Shown: positions 17,854 through 27,557 of the stretch, in pieces
Numbering within the stretch: position 1 is the stretch's first letter
How the letters are laid out: every line of letters begins with the position of its first letter
Origin: Coriobacteriia bacterium
GTDB lineage: Bacteria; Actinomycetota; Coriobacteriia; Coriobacteriales; UBA8131
NCBI GenBank assembly: GCA_009784425.1
Contig: WRBR01000001.1
Location: 1-63,754 of the forward strand
Length of the DNA stretch: 63,754 bases
Reading direction: 5' to 3'
Translations under genes and position numbers: made by a program
The notes under the pieces: generated by a model
The model's database searches: none
Seen by the model: only the letters and a program-made list of their open reading frames with translations
What the model was told of the DNA's origin: nothing

Positions 17854-18030
17854 AGGTAAAAGCCACTAAGGGGTCTGATTAATACAGCAGCTACACTTGG
17901 TTTGAGTGGGCGCTGATCAATTGCCCACTCAGCTGCTTAGTATATTTATTATGCCAACGCAGTTTATTAAGGATTCATTAAGATAACTCTACCCATTTCC
18001 TTAACAAAACATATAAGAGGGCATTTGAGC

Positions 18031-18110
18031 GGGACAAAAGGGGACGGTTCATGTGTCCTGCTGGTGTCCCAGGACACCAGCAGGACACATGAACCGTCCC
18101 CTTTTGTCCC
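18031..18110. repeat. palindromic element type A, intergenic copy
   Basis: Outer arms match 8824/23275 (AAAAGGGGACGGTTCATGTGTCC). The apical stem differs on both arms (CTGCTGGTGTCC/GGACACCAGCAG versus CTGGTGTTGTCC/GGACAACACCAG). Confidence 0.9.
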
Positions 18111-18233
18111 GGTGAGTCGCTGCCTACGCTCTGTTTACAGAATATTCACATTTTTGCTTTGGGAGATATGCTGTTTAGGCGATTACTGGGGTAAAATCAA
18201 TATACGTACCAAAAAAGAGATTAGAGAAGCGCT

Positions 18234-21134
18234 ATGGGCAGTGAAGAACATAATGACTTTGATGAGATTCAGGCAAAACCAGAAGAATCTAACTTATCAA
18301 CGCCGCTGGAACCAACGGCACCTTTAGAGTCGGATCAACCACCCCCACCTTCAGCGCCGACAACCTCACCGGTTTCGCCGCCATCAAAGGCGGAGTCTGC
18401 GCCGGCAACCTCACCGCTTGCGCCTCCAGCCCCGGCAGCCCCGCCGATTATTCCTCCAGCAGCGACACCCTCACCGGTTGCACCTCCAGTGCCGATAACC
18501 CCACCTGTTGCTCCTCCACCTACAGCTCCGGTTATTTCAGTAACACCTCCGCCTCCGGCAGCAGCTGTGCCGGTCACGCCTCCAGCTCCATCGACTCCTC
18601 CCGCGCAGAAGCCAACTATCGGCTCTGCAGCTGGGTTCCAACCACAGCAACCGGCAAGCATTGGGTCAGCTGCGGGATTTGCTCCTTCCCCGGCACCCCC
18701 TGCGGCAACAACACCTCCTGCGCCTCCTGCACCAACGGCACCTCTTGCACCAGCGGCACCTGCAGGCTATGCTCAGCCGCAGGGTCAGTACGTCGCTGCG
18801 CAGAGAGGGCAGTACTATCCACCTCAGCAGACATCACCTTACGGCCAACCTTACAACCAGACATACGGCCAGCCACAGAGCCAGCCTTACACTCAACCTT
18901 ACGGCCAGCCACAGAGCCAGCCTTACGGCCAAACCTACGGCCAACCTTACGGCCAAACCTACGGCCAAACCTACGGCCAATCTTACGGCCAAACCTACGG
19001 CCAAACCTACGGCCAGCCTTACGGCCAACAACCTGGGTACCAAATGCCCACGTTTACTCCTCATGCCCCGCCCGCAAAGAAAAGAAAAGCCTGGCCGTTT
19101 GTGCTGGGTGGCATGGCAGTCTTGTTTATCCTGTTTTTGGCTATGGCCGTTGCCTTGGTAATGTGCAGTTCTGATGACCCCGTATACAATACAAACAGCA
19201 GCTGGGAAGCCCTCGTTTATACCGACCACAGCGCAACTTTGGCCGAGCGTTACGACCCCAACGATACCTGGGCAATCTACTGGTATCTCTGCGGCAGTGA
19301 CCTTGAAACAGACGCTGGCCTTGCCACAATGGATCTTCAAGAGATGATGAAGGTAAAACTGCCAGAAAATGTTGTGGTCATCATAGAAGCGGGAGGCTCA
19401 AGAGTCTGGCATAACGGATTTGATCCAAATTCCAACGGCCGTTACATTTATGACAGCAACGGCTTGAGGCTCTTGGAGGACAACCCCCGCGCCAACATGG
19501 GCGATAAAAAAACCCTCATCTCCTTCTTGGAGTTCTGCACCACTAAATACCCTGCCGACCACCAGGTTGTGATTTTCTGGAATCACGGCGGCGGCAGCAT
19601 CCCGGGTGTCATCTTTGATGAGCAGTATGGCTTTGATGCCCTGAGTCTCATGGACATCAGGGAGGCCTTTAGCGCAGTAAGCACCCCTTCAACGGTAAAC
19701 CCGCCTTTTGAGTTGATTGGATTTGACGCCTGCCTCATGGCTACCATTGAAACGGCTGAGACCCTGAAGGGATTTGCCAAATGGATGGTGGCTTCGGCAG
19801 AGATGGAGCCTGGAATCGGTTGGGACTACACGGGATTCCTTCAGGCTTTGGCAAATGACACCGGCATAGGTGGCGCCATGCTCGGCAAGGAGATATGCGA
19901 CTCCTTCTACAGCGCGTGTGTTGCAATTCGTCAGGCAAATGAGGCAACACTCTCGGTAATAAACCTGCAGAAGATTGATCCTCTGTTGGATGCCTACCAC
20001 AACATTGGGGCAGAGTCGTTGCTCTTTGCCTGTCAGAATGCCTCCTACGTCAGTGACTTTGGGCGCGCGGCAGTCAAGGCTCAAGATTATGGATTCAACA
20101 ACTCTTGGGATGGTTACACCAATATGGTTGACCTGGGCGATCTGGTCCATCAGCTGGGCAGCAATCTGCTTCCTGAATATGGAGCAGAGTTGCTCAATGC
20201 CTTGGATGCATGCGTGGTGTACCAGGTATACGGCCCCTTCCGCGACAGGTCCTCCGGGCTTGCCTGCTTCTACAACTACAGCGGCAGCGTTGATGCCTTC
20301 AGAGGCTTTTCTGAGCTTCAGGCAGATAGCCCCTTCCGCTGGCTTTACTACTACGAGCTTGCCGGTACGCTCAATGACGAGGGCATCCTCTTTGTGCAAA
20401 ACCTGGCCTTTATCTACGCGCCGGACAGAACTATCGTTCCGGGCGAGGTTGAAAGTGCCGAGGAGTTTGACCTCGATGACTGCCAGGTAAGAGGCGCTGA
20501 TGATGGTTCTGTTGTCATGAATCTAGGCTCTGAGGCTGCCAGCAGGCTTACCGGTGTCTACAGTTTTCTGGCTTATTACGACGAGGATACCGGCATAATC
20601 ATCCTGCTTGGCAGGGATAACGACATCGTCAACGACTGGGAAAACGGAATCTTCAAAAATCATTTCCGCGGCGTATGGGGCTGCATTGACAACACCCTTG
20701 TCTTTATGGAGCTCACCGACGAAGCCGATGATTACCAGCTTTACTCCATACCCGTGCTTCTTAACGGCGAAGAATACTCAATATCCGTCAGTTACACCTA
20801 TGCAACCAAGGAGTACGAAATCTTAGGTGCCCGCCGTGGAATCGACGACAATGGTATGGCGGACAGAAATCTTATTCAGCTCCAGCCGGGAGACGTCGTT
20901 GAGCCCTTACACTATGTAATCTATGACACGGCGGACGCGGAGTTTGAGCAAAAGGCACTTGAGAAATTCATAGTTACAGAAAACACCCGGTTTACCGAGG
21001 AAGATCTGGGCGACGGCATATTCTTCATCCTTTTTGAGATGATTGACGTGCTGGGCAACGAATACCTGTCAGAAGCAGCAGCCTTTATCGTGAAGGATGG
21101 AGACATCTCTATCTTCACCCATGAAGACGCTTGA
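18234..21134 (+). CDS. membrane-anchored clostripain-like (peptidase C11) protein with a roughly 280-aa Pro/Gln/Tyr-rich cytoplasmic N-terminal region
   Basis: KKRK followed by [27 protein letters not shown]11-like catalytic dyad context VIFWNHGGG and [10 protein letters not shown]-terminus is low complexity with (YGQP/T)n repeats. Confidence 0.75.
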   Translation: MGSEEHNDFDEIQAKPEESNLSTPLEPTAPLESDQPPPPSAPTTSPVSPPSKAESAPATSPLAPPAPAAPPIIPPAATPSPVAPPVPITPPVAPPPTAPVISVTPPPPAAAVPVTPPAPSTPPAQKPTIGSAAGFQPQQPASIGSAAGFAPSPAPPAATTPPAPPAPTAPLAPAAPAGYAQPQGQYVAAQRGQYYPPQQTSPYGQPYNQTYGQPQSQPYTQPYGQPQSQPYGQTYGQPYGQTYGQTYGQSYGQTYGQTYGQPYGQQPGYQMPTFTPHAPPAKKRKAWPFVLGGMAVLFILFLAMAVALVMCSSDDPVYNTNSSWEALVYTDHSATLAERYDPNDTWAIYWYLCGSDLETDAGLATMDLQEMMKVKLPENVVVIIEAGGSRVWHNGFDPNSNGRYIYDSNGLRLLEDNPRANMGDKKTLISFLEFCTTKYPADHQVVIFWNHGGGSIPGVIFDEQYGFDALSLMDIREAFSAVSTPSTVNPPFELIGFDACLMATIETAETLKGFAKWMVASAEMEPGIGWDYTGFLQALANDTGIGGAMLGKEICDSFYSACVAIRQANEATLSVINLQKIDPLLDAYHNIGAESLLFACQNASYVSDFGRAAVKAQDYGFNNSWDGYTNMVDLGDLVHQLGSNLLPEYGAELLNALDACVVYQVYGPFRDRSSGLACFYNYSGSVDAFRGFSELQADSPFRWLYYYELAGTLNDEGILFVQNLAFIYAPDRTIVPGEVESAEEFDLDDCQVRGADDGSVVMNLGSEAASRLTGVYSFLAYYDEDTGIIILLGRDNDIVNDWENGIFKNHFRGVWGCIDNTLVFMELTDEADDYQLYSIPVLLNGEEYSISVSYTYATKEYEILGARRGIDDNGMADRNLIQLQPGDVVEPLHYVIYDTADAEFEQKALEKFIVTENTRFTEEDLGDGIFFILFEMIDVLGNEYLSEAAAFIVKDGDISIFTHEDA
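18924..19030 (+). repeat. about 9 tandem 12-nt units TACGGCCAAACC encoding (YGQT/P)n within the C11 peptidase gene
   Basis: Read directly from the sequence; in-frame coding repeat. Confidence 0.9.
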
Positions 21135-23559
21135 TTTAGGTATGGCTATCGATCTTTCCAGTCTCAACTCTCAGCAATACGAGGCCGCCACAACAACCGA
21201 GGGGCCTTTGTTGCTTTTGGCTGGCGCCGGCACCGGTAAAACGCGCGCGCTTACGTATCGCATTGCCCATATGGTTGAGAATCTGGACGTTGCTCCCTGG
21301 CAGATACTGGCCATCACTTTTACCAATAAGGCCGCGGCTGAGATGCGCGAGCGCCTGGCCGACCTCCTGGGAACCACCAGGGGCATGTGGATACTCACTT
21401 TTCATGCTCTCTGCGTGCGCATTTTGAGGAATCACGGCGAGCTTTTGGGCTTTAGCCCTGGCTTCACCATTTACGATGACGACGATTCCAAGCGCTTGGT
21501 CAAGGAGATATTGACCAATCTAGACGTCAACACCTCTACCTATCCCTTGAATACTTTGCGTGGAAACATCTCTCGGGCAAAGAATGAGCTCATCAATGCC
21601 GAGGAGTATGCCGCCAGCGCAAAAAGGCCCGTTGAGAAGGTCACTGCCCGCGTTTATTGCGAGCTGGAGCGGCGTTTGCTCCAGGCAGATGCCGTGGATT
21701 TTGATGACTTGCTCTTGCATGCCTGGCGCATTCTCAAGGACTACGCCGAGGTGCTTGAGGGCTATCAGGAGCGCTTTCTTTATATCTCAATAGACGAGTA
21801 CCAAGACACCAACCACGCCCAGTACAGCATAGCCAACCTCTTAGCCGCCAAACACCAAAACATCATGGTGGTGGGCGATGACGATCAGTCCATCTACTCA
21901 TGGCGCGGCGCCGACATCCGCAATATCCTCGAGTTTGAAAAGGACTACCCGGGCGCCAAGGTCTTGCGCCTTGAGCAAAATTACCGCTCAACCTCTTTGA
22001 TTCTCGAGGCAGCCAACAATGTTATAGCCAATAACAAGGACCGAAAGGCCAAGCACCTCTTCACCAAAGGTGAACAGGGCGAGCGCATCTGTCTCTATCT
22101 TGCTAATAACGAGCGCGACGAAGGGCGCTGGATTGCCGGGGAGATTGAGCGCTTGCACCGCTCCGGTCACTCCTACAACGACTTTGCGCTTTTTTATCGT
22201 ACTAACGCCCAGAGCCGTACGCTTGAGGATATGTTGCTGCGCGCCGGTGTGCCGTATCGCATTTACGGAGGCACGCGCTTTTTTGACCGTGAGGAAATCC
22301 GTGACATCATGGCCTACCTCAAGCTCATCGTTAATCCGCTTGATGACATTGCTGCCAAGCGAATCATCAACAAGCCGCGGCGGGGGATAGGCAGCACCAC
22401 CGTCACCCGCATTGAGCAGCTGGCGGCTGACGAGCAATGCAGCTTCATGGACGCCGCCGAGCTTGCGCTGGCTGATGAGGCGCTGCCCAAGGCGGCGCTT
22501 CGCAGCGTAGGGGAGTTTGTGCAGCTCATCAAGGACCTGCGCCTCTTAATGGGTGACCTGCGCAGCATCGTGGAGATTGTTGCAGAAAAGAGCGGTCTCA
22601 TGGACTATCTGGCCTCTTTGCCCTACGAAGAGGCAATCACACGCAAGGAGAATGTACAGGAGTTCTTTGGCGTAGCTGCCGAGTTTTCGCAGCAGCATCT
22701 GGAACAGGGGGACGGGGTTGGTGCTCTGGAACAGGGGGACGGGGTTGGTGTTCCAATTCCTGCGGAATTGGAACACCAACCCCGTCCCCCTGTTCCAGAG
22801 CACCAACCCCGTCCCCCTGTTCCACGTCCCCTTGTTCCAGAAACTTCTGCCTCAACAGCGCTTATTGCTTTTATGGAGTGGCTTGCTCTCAGGAGTGACC
22901 TTGATACTATGGTGGAGGGCGAGGACTACATTAAGCTGATGACCGTGCACACGGCAAAAGGACTGGAATTTAAAATTGTCTTTATCGCCGGCATGGAAGA
23001 GGGCATCTTCCCCCACATGATGAGCATAACGGGTGGCCGCGGTGTTGAAGAGGAGCGGCGCCTGGCTTACGTGGCTATTACCCGCGCGCGCCAACTGCTG
23101 TATCTCACCAGCGCGCAGCAACGCTCGCTTTTTGGGTCGTTTTCTGCCAATCCGCTCTCGCGCTTTACCACGGAAATCCCTGCTCAGCTGCAGAGGCGCA
23201 TTGGTCTGGGCTCGCAAGGCATTCAAGGCGTTGGCTGGGAAAAGCGCGGCAGCAGGGGCGGCGTTTTTGGTGCTGGTGAGACAAAAGGGGACGGTTCATG
23301 TGTCCTGGTGTTGTCCCAGGACAACACCAGGACACATGAACCGTCCCCTTCTGTCTCACCCAACCCCGTCCCTCCTGTACCACCGGTACCCAACAAAGAC
23401 CAGACCTTTGAGGTGAACGATGCAGTTGAGCACAAGGTCTTTGGGCGCGGAACAGTCATTTCTGTTGATGAGGGCACTATTGAGGTACAATTTGATAAGA
23501 ATAATAAGACGCGCAAATTGCTTGTTGAATTTGCTCCCCTGGCCAAGATTAAAACGTAA
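21121..23559 (+). CDS. pcrA: ATP-dependent DNA helicase PcrA/UvrD, carrying two in-frame palindromic inserts
   Basis: Motifs AGAGTGKT, DEYQDTN, TVHTAKGLEF, VAITRA and a C-terminal Tudor-like tail (HKVFGRGTVISV). The start could be ATG 21121 or ATG 21142. Confidence 0.93.
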   Translation: MKTLDLGMAIDLSSLNSQQYEAATTTEGPLLLLAGAGTGKTRALTYRIAHMVENLDVAPWQILAITFTNKAAAEMRERLADLLGTTRGMWILTFHALCVRILRNHGELLGFSPGFTIYDDDDSKRLVKEILTNLDVNTSTYPLNTLRGNISRAKNELINAEEYAASAKRPVEKVTARVYCELERRLLQADAVDFDDLLLHAWRILKDYAEVLEGYQERFLYISIDEYQDTNHAQYSIANLLAAKHQNIMVVGDDDQSIYSWRGADIRNILEFEKDYPGAKVLRLEQNYRSTSLILEAANNVIANNKDRKAKHLFTKGEQGERICLYLANNERDEGRWIAGEIERLHRSGHSYNDFALFYRTNAQSRTLEDMLLRAGVPYRIYGGTRFFDREEIRDIMAYLKLIVNPLDDIAAKRIINKPRRGIGSTTVTRIEQLAADEQCSFMDAAELALADEALPKAALRSVGEFVQLIKDLRLLMGDLRSIVEIVAEKSGLMDYLASLPYEEAITRKENVQEFFGVAAEFSQQHLEQGDGVGALEQGDGVGVPIPAELEHQPRPPVPEHQPRPPVPRPLVPETSASTALIAFMEWLALRSDLDTMVEGEDYIKLMTVHTAKGLEFKIVFIAGMEEGIFPHMMSITGGRGVEEERRLAYVAITRARQLLYLTSAQQRSLFGSFSANPLSRFTTEIPAQLQRRIGLGSQGIQGVGWEKRGSRGGVFGAGETKGDGSCVLVLSQDNTRTHEPSPSVSPNPVPPVPPVPNKDQTFEVNDAVEHKVFGRGTVISVDEGTIEVQFDKNNKTRKLLVEFAPLAKIKT
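22699..22840. repeat. nested type-B palindrome (two tandem units per arm) inside the pcrA CDS
   Basis: A 62-nt left arm, TGC loop and matching right arm span 22699-22824, followed by an extra degenerate half-site to 22840. Confidence 0.9.
23275..23382. repeat. composite type A + B-half element inside the pcrA CDS (linker before the C-terminal Tudor-like domain)
   Basis: 105/108 identical to 8824-8931 and read in the same frame. Confidence 0.9.
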
Positions 23560-23582
23560 CCCAAGAAGGGCAAACCCTCAAA

Positions 23583-24581
23583 ATGCAGTACCTTACAACC
23601 GCAAGAGATCCTAAACAAATACGGCGCGATGTCAGAGGAGTAGTTCTTTGCGTGGTGGCGTTTATCCTCACCCTGCAAATAGTTGCAGTGCTTGTGGTAA
23701 TGGCTGTTGCTTTTTTTGAGAACGCAGGCAGCATAGCGCAGTTCGCAGAGAGCAACAGCAACCTAGCTGGCGAGATGCAGCAAGATCAATTTCTCGTATT
23801 CTTTGACAAGGCTATGGACGAGTACATTGGCCTGGGCATGATAATCGGCATGATTTGCGGCCTCTGCTGGTTCTTCTTGATTCGCGGCAAGCGTTTTGTC
23901 ACCTCTGATATTCCCCGGGTCAACAGCAAGGCCAACTTTGGCATTCTCTTTATCTTGCTCGTTGGAATCTTTGCTATTCAGGCCTTAATGATCTTACTGT
24001 ATGCTGTTTTTGAGCCCCTTTTCAATCAGGGTGGTGGCTCGCTTACCGATACCCTTGAGGAGGCTACCACCAGTTTGGCCATCACGTTTTGGGGAGCGCT
24101 TTATATCGCCGTCATTGGCCCTATCTGCGAGGAGTTGGTGTTCAGGGGCGCGGTTATGCGCAAGCTCGAGCGCTATGGCTCCAATTTTGCCATTATTGTC
24201 TCCTCTTTGCTTTTTGCTCTCTATCACATGATTTTGTTTCAGGCGGTGTTTGCCTTTTTCATCGGCATCATTTTTGCGTACGCTGCGGGCAGGTTCTCGC
24301 TCAAGTGGGCCATTCTCCTGCATATGATTAATAACGGCTTGGCAGTTCTTTCCACCTATGCAAACAGCGATGTGTTCTCTGGGATCCTGCTTTTAATCTA
24401 TGGCCTGTCTTTGCTTGCAACAATCGTTGTCATTCTCGTGCGTTTGGACCTTTTTGCGGCGCAGAAAATCGCGGGATCTCCCAGCGAGCCCAGGGTCTAC
24501 CCACGCGCCTTTGCCAGCCCCTGGCTCATTGGCTACCTTATCTTGACCGGTATTCTTTCCGTCCACGTTATTTTTGCCTGA
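23583..24581 (+). CDS. CPBP-family intramembrane glutamic endopeptidase
   Basis: Polytopic protein with EELVFRG, FALYH and HMINN motifs typical of Abi/CPBP proteases. Confidence 0.85.
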   Translation: MQYLTTARDPKQIRRDVRGVVLCVVAFILTLQIVAVLVVMAVAFFENAGSIAQFAESNSNLAGEMQQDQFLVFFDKAMDEYIGLGMIIGMICGLCWFFLIRGKRFVTSDIPRVNSKANFGILFILLVGIFAIQALMILLYAVFEPLFNQGGGSLTDTLEEATTSLAITFWGALYIAVIGPICEELVFRGAVMRKLERYGSNFAIIVSSLLFALYHMILFQAVFAFFIGIIFAYAAGRFSLKWAILLHMINNGLAVLSTYANSDVFSGILLLIYGLSLLATIVVILVRLDLFAAQKIAGSPSEPRVYPRAFASPWLIGYLILTGILSVHVIFA

Positions 24582-24584
24582 CCT

Positions 24585-26711
24585 ATGCTTATCTGTAATG
24601 CCAGCGCTATTACCAAGTCCTTTGGCTCGCGTGTTTTGTTTTCGGAGGCAACGTTTGCCGTTAAGTCATCCGACCGCATAGCGTTGGTTGGCGCCAATGG
24701 CTCGGGTAAAACCACGCTGCTCAATATGATTGCTCAAAGAGAGTCGCAAGATAGCGGCACGCTCACCCTCGCAAAGGGCGTGAACACCGGTTATCTGGAG
24801 CAGGAAGTTTTTGGCATTTTGAGCGAGGCAAGCGTTTTAGCAAGCGTGCTTGAAGCCAAGCAGGATGTTTTAGACATGCGCGAGAGGCTTACTGTTTTAG
24901 AAGCCAAGCTGGGAGAAGATAACAACTTTAACAGCGCTGGTGAAGCAACAGACCTTGAGCATGAGCAATTGCTCAAAGAGTATGGCCGCCTCTCGGATCT
25001 TTTTGAAAACTCCGGTGGCTGGAACTTGGAATCCGATGCCATGACGGTGCTTACCGGGCTTGGGTTTAAAATGTCCGATGCTAATCGTCAGGTAAAAGAG
25101 TTTAGCGGCGGTTGGCAGATGCGCATTGCGCTTGCACGCCTGCTTTTTGCGCGCCCTGATCTGTTGCTGCTTGATGAGCCCACCAACCACCTTGATCTGG
25201 AGAGCGTGCGCTGGCTTGAGGCCTTTTTACGCAGCTACGAGGGAGCCGTTGTGGTGGTAAGCCACGACCGCGCCTTTATGGACGGCATGGTGAGCCGCAT
25301 TTGGAACATTGAGCACGAGCAGATTCATGTGTACGCAGGCGACTACACCGACTTTGAAAAGGCAAGAGAAAGGGAGCTTGAGGCCAGGCAAGCTGCCTAT
25401 GAGCGCCAAAAGGTGGAGATTGCTCAAATTGAGCTGTTTATTAACCGCTTTAGATACAAGGCTTCTAAGGCGCGGCAGGTGCAAGAAAGAGTCAAGAAGC
25501 TTGAGAAGCTTGAACGCATCAAGCCGGTGGAGGTAAAGAGCAAAATCAAGTTTCGCTTTAAACAACCGCCGCGCACCGGCGACCAGGTTATAGAGCTCAG
25601 AGACATTGCCAAGTCTTACGGCAGCACCTGCGTGTACGGCGGCGAGCATCCGCTGCTCAACCTCAAGCTCTACCGCGGTGACCGTGTGGCGCTGGTAGGG
25701 CCAAACGGCGCCGGCAAGTCCACCATGCTTAAGATTTTGGCTGGCGTTTTGCCTTTTGAAAGCGGCGAGCGCTTGCTCGGCTCCAAGGTTGAGTCAAGTT
25801 ATTATGCGCAACATCAGGTGGAGCAGCTCAAACCCGGCGCCACGGTTTTTGAGGAGCTGGAAGGGGTGACCCCCGGCTGGACTATCAGCGAGGTGCGCGG
25901 CCTGTTGGGCGCATTTCTCTTTACCGGCGACGATGTCATGAAAAAGGTGAGAGTGCTCTCTGGTGGAGAAAAGAGCCGGCTCGCGCTGGCTAAGATGCTG
26001 GTGAGCCCTGCCCCGCTACTTTGCATGGACGAGCCCACCAATCACCTCGACATTCCCTCAAACGATGTTCTTGAGGCGGCGCTGCTAGCCTTTACCGGCA
26101 CGCTGGTGCTGATTACCCACGACAGGCATCTCATCCGCAAGGTGGCCAACCGCATCATCGAAGTTGACGCAGGCCGCGTACGCGAATTCGTGGGCAACTA
26201 CGATTATTACCTACGCAAAAAAGACGAAGAAACCGGAGACCAAGCCTTTTTTATGGACGGCTCTCAAATTGCTGTTCCTGTAGATAAACCTCCGCGCGCT
26301 AAAAAGCACGCGCACAGCGATAAAGTAAGCACTGTTGGTACAAGAGGGACGGGGTTTGGTGTACCTGTTTCCTTGGAAACTGGTACACCAAACCCCGTCC
26401 CTCTTGTACCAACGGCTGGCAGTCGAAAAACCAAGGAGCAAAAGCGCCTTGAGGCAGAAGCGCGCACCCGCACCTATCGCATGTTCAAAGAAGACCGTGA
26501 GCGACTTGAGGTGCTGGAGCCCGAGCTAGAGCAGGCGCAAGAAGAATACGACCGCATCGTAGAAGCTATGGCAGACGAGGCGCTTTATAATGACAAGGAA
26601 GGCTTTGCAGCCTTGATGGACAGGTATAATGAACTCAAGCGGCTTATCCCCAAGCTCGAAGAGGAGTGGCTGGATATCACCGCCCGCATAGAAGACGAAC
26701 TGAACGGATAA
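24585..26711 (+). CDS. ABC-F family ATPase (translation-factor type), carrying an in-frame palindromic insert in the C-terminal linker
   Basis: Two ABC cassettes ([15 protein letters not shown]; [17 protein letters not shown]), no TM domain, and a C-terminal coiled coil. Confidence 0.92.
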   Translation: MLICNASAITKSFGSRVLFSEATFAVKSSDRIALVGANGSGKTTLLNMIAQRESQDSGTLTLAKGVNTGYLEQEVFGILSEASVLASVLEAKQDVLDMRERLTVLEAKLGEDNNFNSAGEATDLEHEQLLKEYGRLSDLFENSGGWNLESDAMTVLTGLGFKMSDANRQVKEFSGGWQMRIALARLLFARPDLLLLDEPTNHLDLESVRWLEAFLRSYEGAVVVVSHDRAFMDGMVSRIWNIEHEQIHVYAGDYTDFEKARERELEARQAAYERQKVEIAQIELFINRFRYKASKARQVQERVKKLEKLERIKPVEVKSKIKFRFKQPPRTGDQVIELRDIAKSYGSTCVYGGEHPLLNLKLYRGDRVALVGPNGAGKSTMLKILAGVLPFESGERLLGSKVESSYYAQHQVEQLKPGATVFEELEGVTPGWTISEVRGLLGAFLFTGDDVMKKVRVLSGGEKSRLALAKMLVSPAPLLCMDEPTNHLDIPSNDVLEAALLAFTGTLVLITHDRHLIRKVANRIIEVDAGRVREFVGNYDYYLRKKDEETGDQAFFMDGSQIAVPVDKPPRAKKHAHSDKVSTVGTRGTGFGVPVSLETGTPNPVPLVPTAGSRKTKEQKRLEAEARTRTYRMFKEDRERLEVLEPELEQAQEEYDRIVEAMADEALYNDKEGFAALMDRYNELKRLIPKLEEEWLDITARIEDELNG
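26334..26413. repeat. type-B' palindrome (GGTACA variant) inside the ABC-F CDS
   Basis: GTTGGTACAAGAGGGACGGGGTTTGGTGTACCTGTTTCC TT GGAAACTGGTACACCAAACCCCGTCCCTCTTGTACCAAC. Confidence 0.9.
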
Positions 26712-26719
26712 ATTACACA

Positions 26720-27421
26720 ATGGCACCCACGATATTTGGCTATTCGGCCTTGCCCTTCATTATGTTGCTCTGCTTTGTGCCCGCCATCGTAGTACACGAG
26801 GTGGCGCACGGCTTTGTGGCCTGGAAGCTGGGAGACCCCACAGCCAAAGACAGGGGGAGGCTCTCGCTCAACCCCATCAGGCACATTGACCCCTTTGGAA
26901 CGGTGATACTCCCCATAGCCTTAGCGATATATGGCGGACCGGTTTTTGGTTATGCCAAGCCGGTGCCCTATAATCCCACCTACTTCAAAGACATCAGAAA
27001 AGGCGAGCTGTTAACCGGCATGGCCGGCCCTGCGTCAAATCTCATTATGAGCATCATTGGCGCTCTCATTACCAATGTGCTGCTCTTAGTTGGAACCTTT
27101 TCCGCTGAGGTGACCATGTGGATATTCTATGGGGGCTACTACTTTGTGTTCATTAACCTCGTTTTGATGTTCTTCAACCTCCTGCCCATTCCGCCCTTGG
27201 ACGGCTCAAGCATCATTGCCATATTTCTCTCGGACAGCGCTTTGCGAAAATACTACAATGTCCAGCGCTATGCCTTGCCGATACTGCTGCTTTTGCTCTT
27301 TGTGATTCCGTGGGCTTCCAGCTCGCTTTTTGGCGTGCAATTCAACCCCATCGGCATCTATATCAGTGCCACCGCAGGTAATTTAACCGAGCTATTCTTT
27401 AGCCCAATACTCGGAGGATGA
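26720..27421 (+). CDS. site-2 protease family (M50) membrane metalloprotease
   Basis: HEVAHG (HExxH) in the first TM region and NLLPIPPLDG motif. Start moved to ATG 26720 (MAPTIFGY...). Confidence 0.85.
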   Translation: MAPTIFGYSALPFIMLLCFVPAIVVHEVAHGFVAWKLGDPTAKDRGRLSLNPIRHIDPFGTVILPIALAIYGGPVFGYAKPVPYNPTYFKDIRKGELLTGMAGPASNLIMSIIGALITNVLLLVGTFSAEVTMWIFYGGYYFVFINLVLMFFNLLPIPPLDGSSIIAIFLSDSALRKYYNVQRYALPILLLLLFVIPWASSSLFGVQFNPIGIYISATAGNLTELFFSPILGG

Positions 27422-27422
27422 G

Positions 27423-27474
27423 GAGAGAGTTAAGAGTTAAGAGTTAAGAGAGAAGAGTTAAGAGAGAAGAGTGA
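27423..27474. repeat. heptamer tract (GAGTTAA)3 GAGAGAA GAGTTAA GAGAGAA GAGTGA
   Basis: Read directly. It starts 2 nt after the M50 protease stop. Confidence 0.85.
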
Positions 27475-27557
27475 TCCTTTTCATCTTGAGCGAAGCGTAG
27501 TGTAGTTGAAGGATTTAGTGTAAAACAATCAAGTAAGAAAGCAGGAACAGAGACCGA

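Noticed and set aside
27422-27557. Possible T-box leader upstream of trpS.
   Set aside because: The intergenic region is only about 135 nt and is filled by the heptamer tract and a CTGAGCGAAGCG-type repeat. I found no specifier-loop or T-box (AANNNGGTGGNACCGCG-like) sequence.
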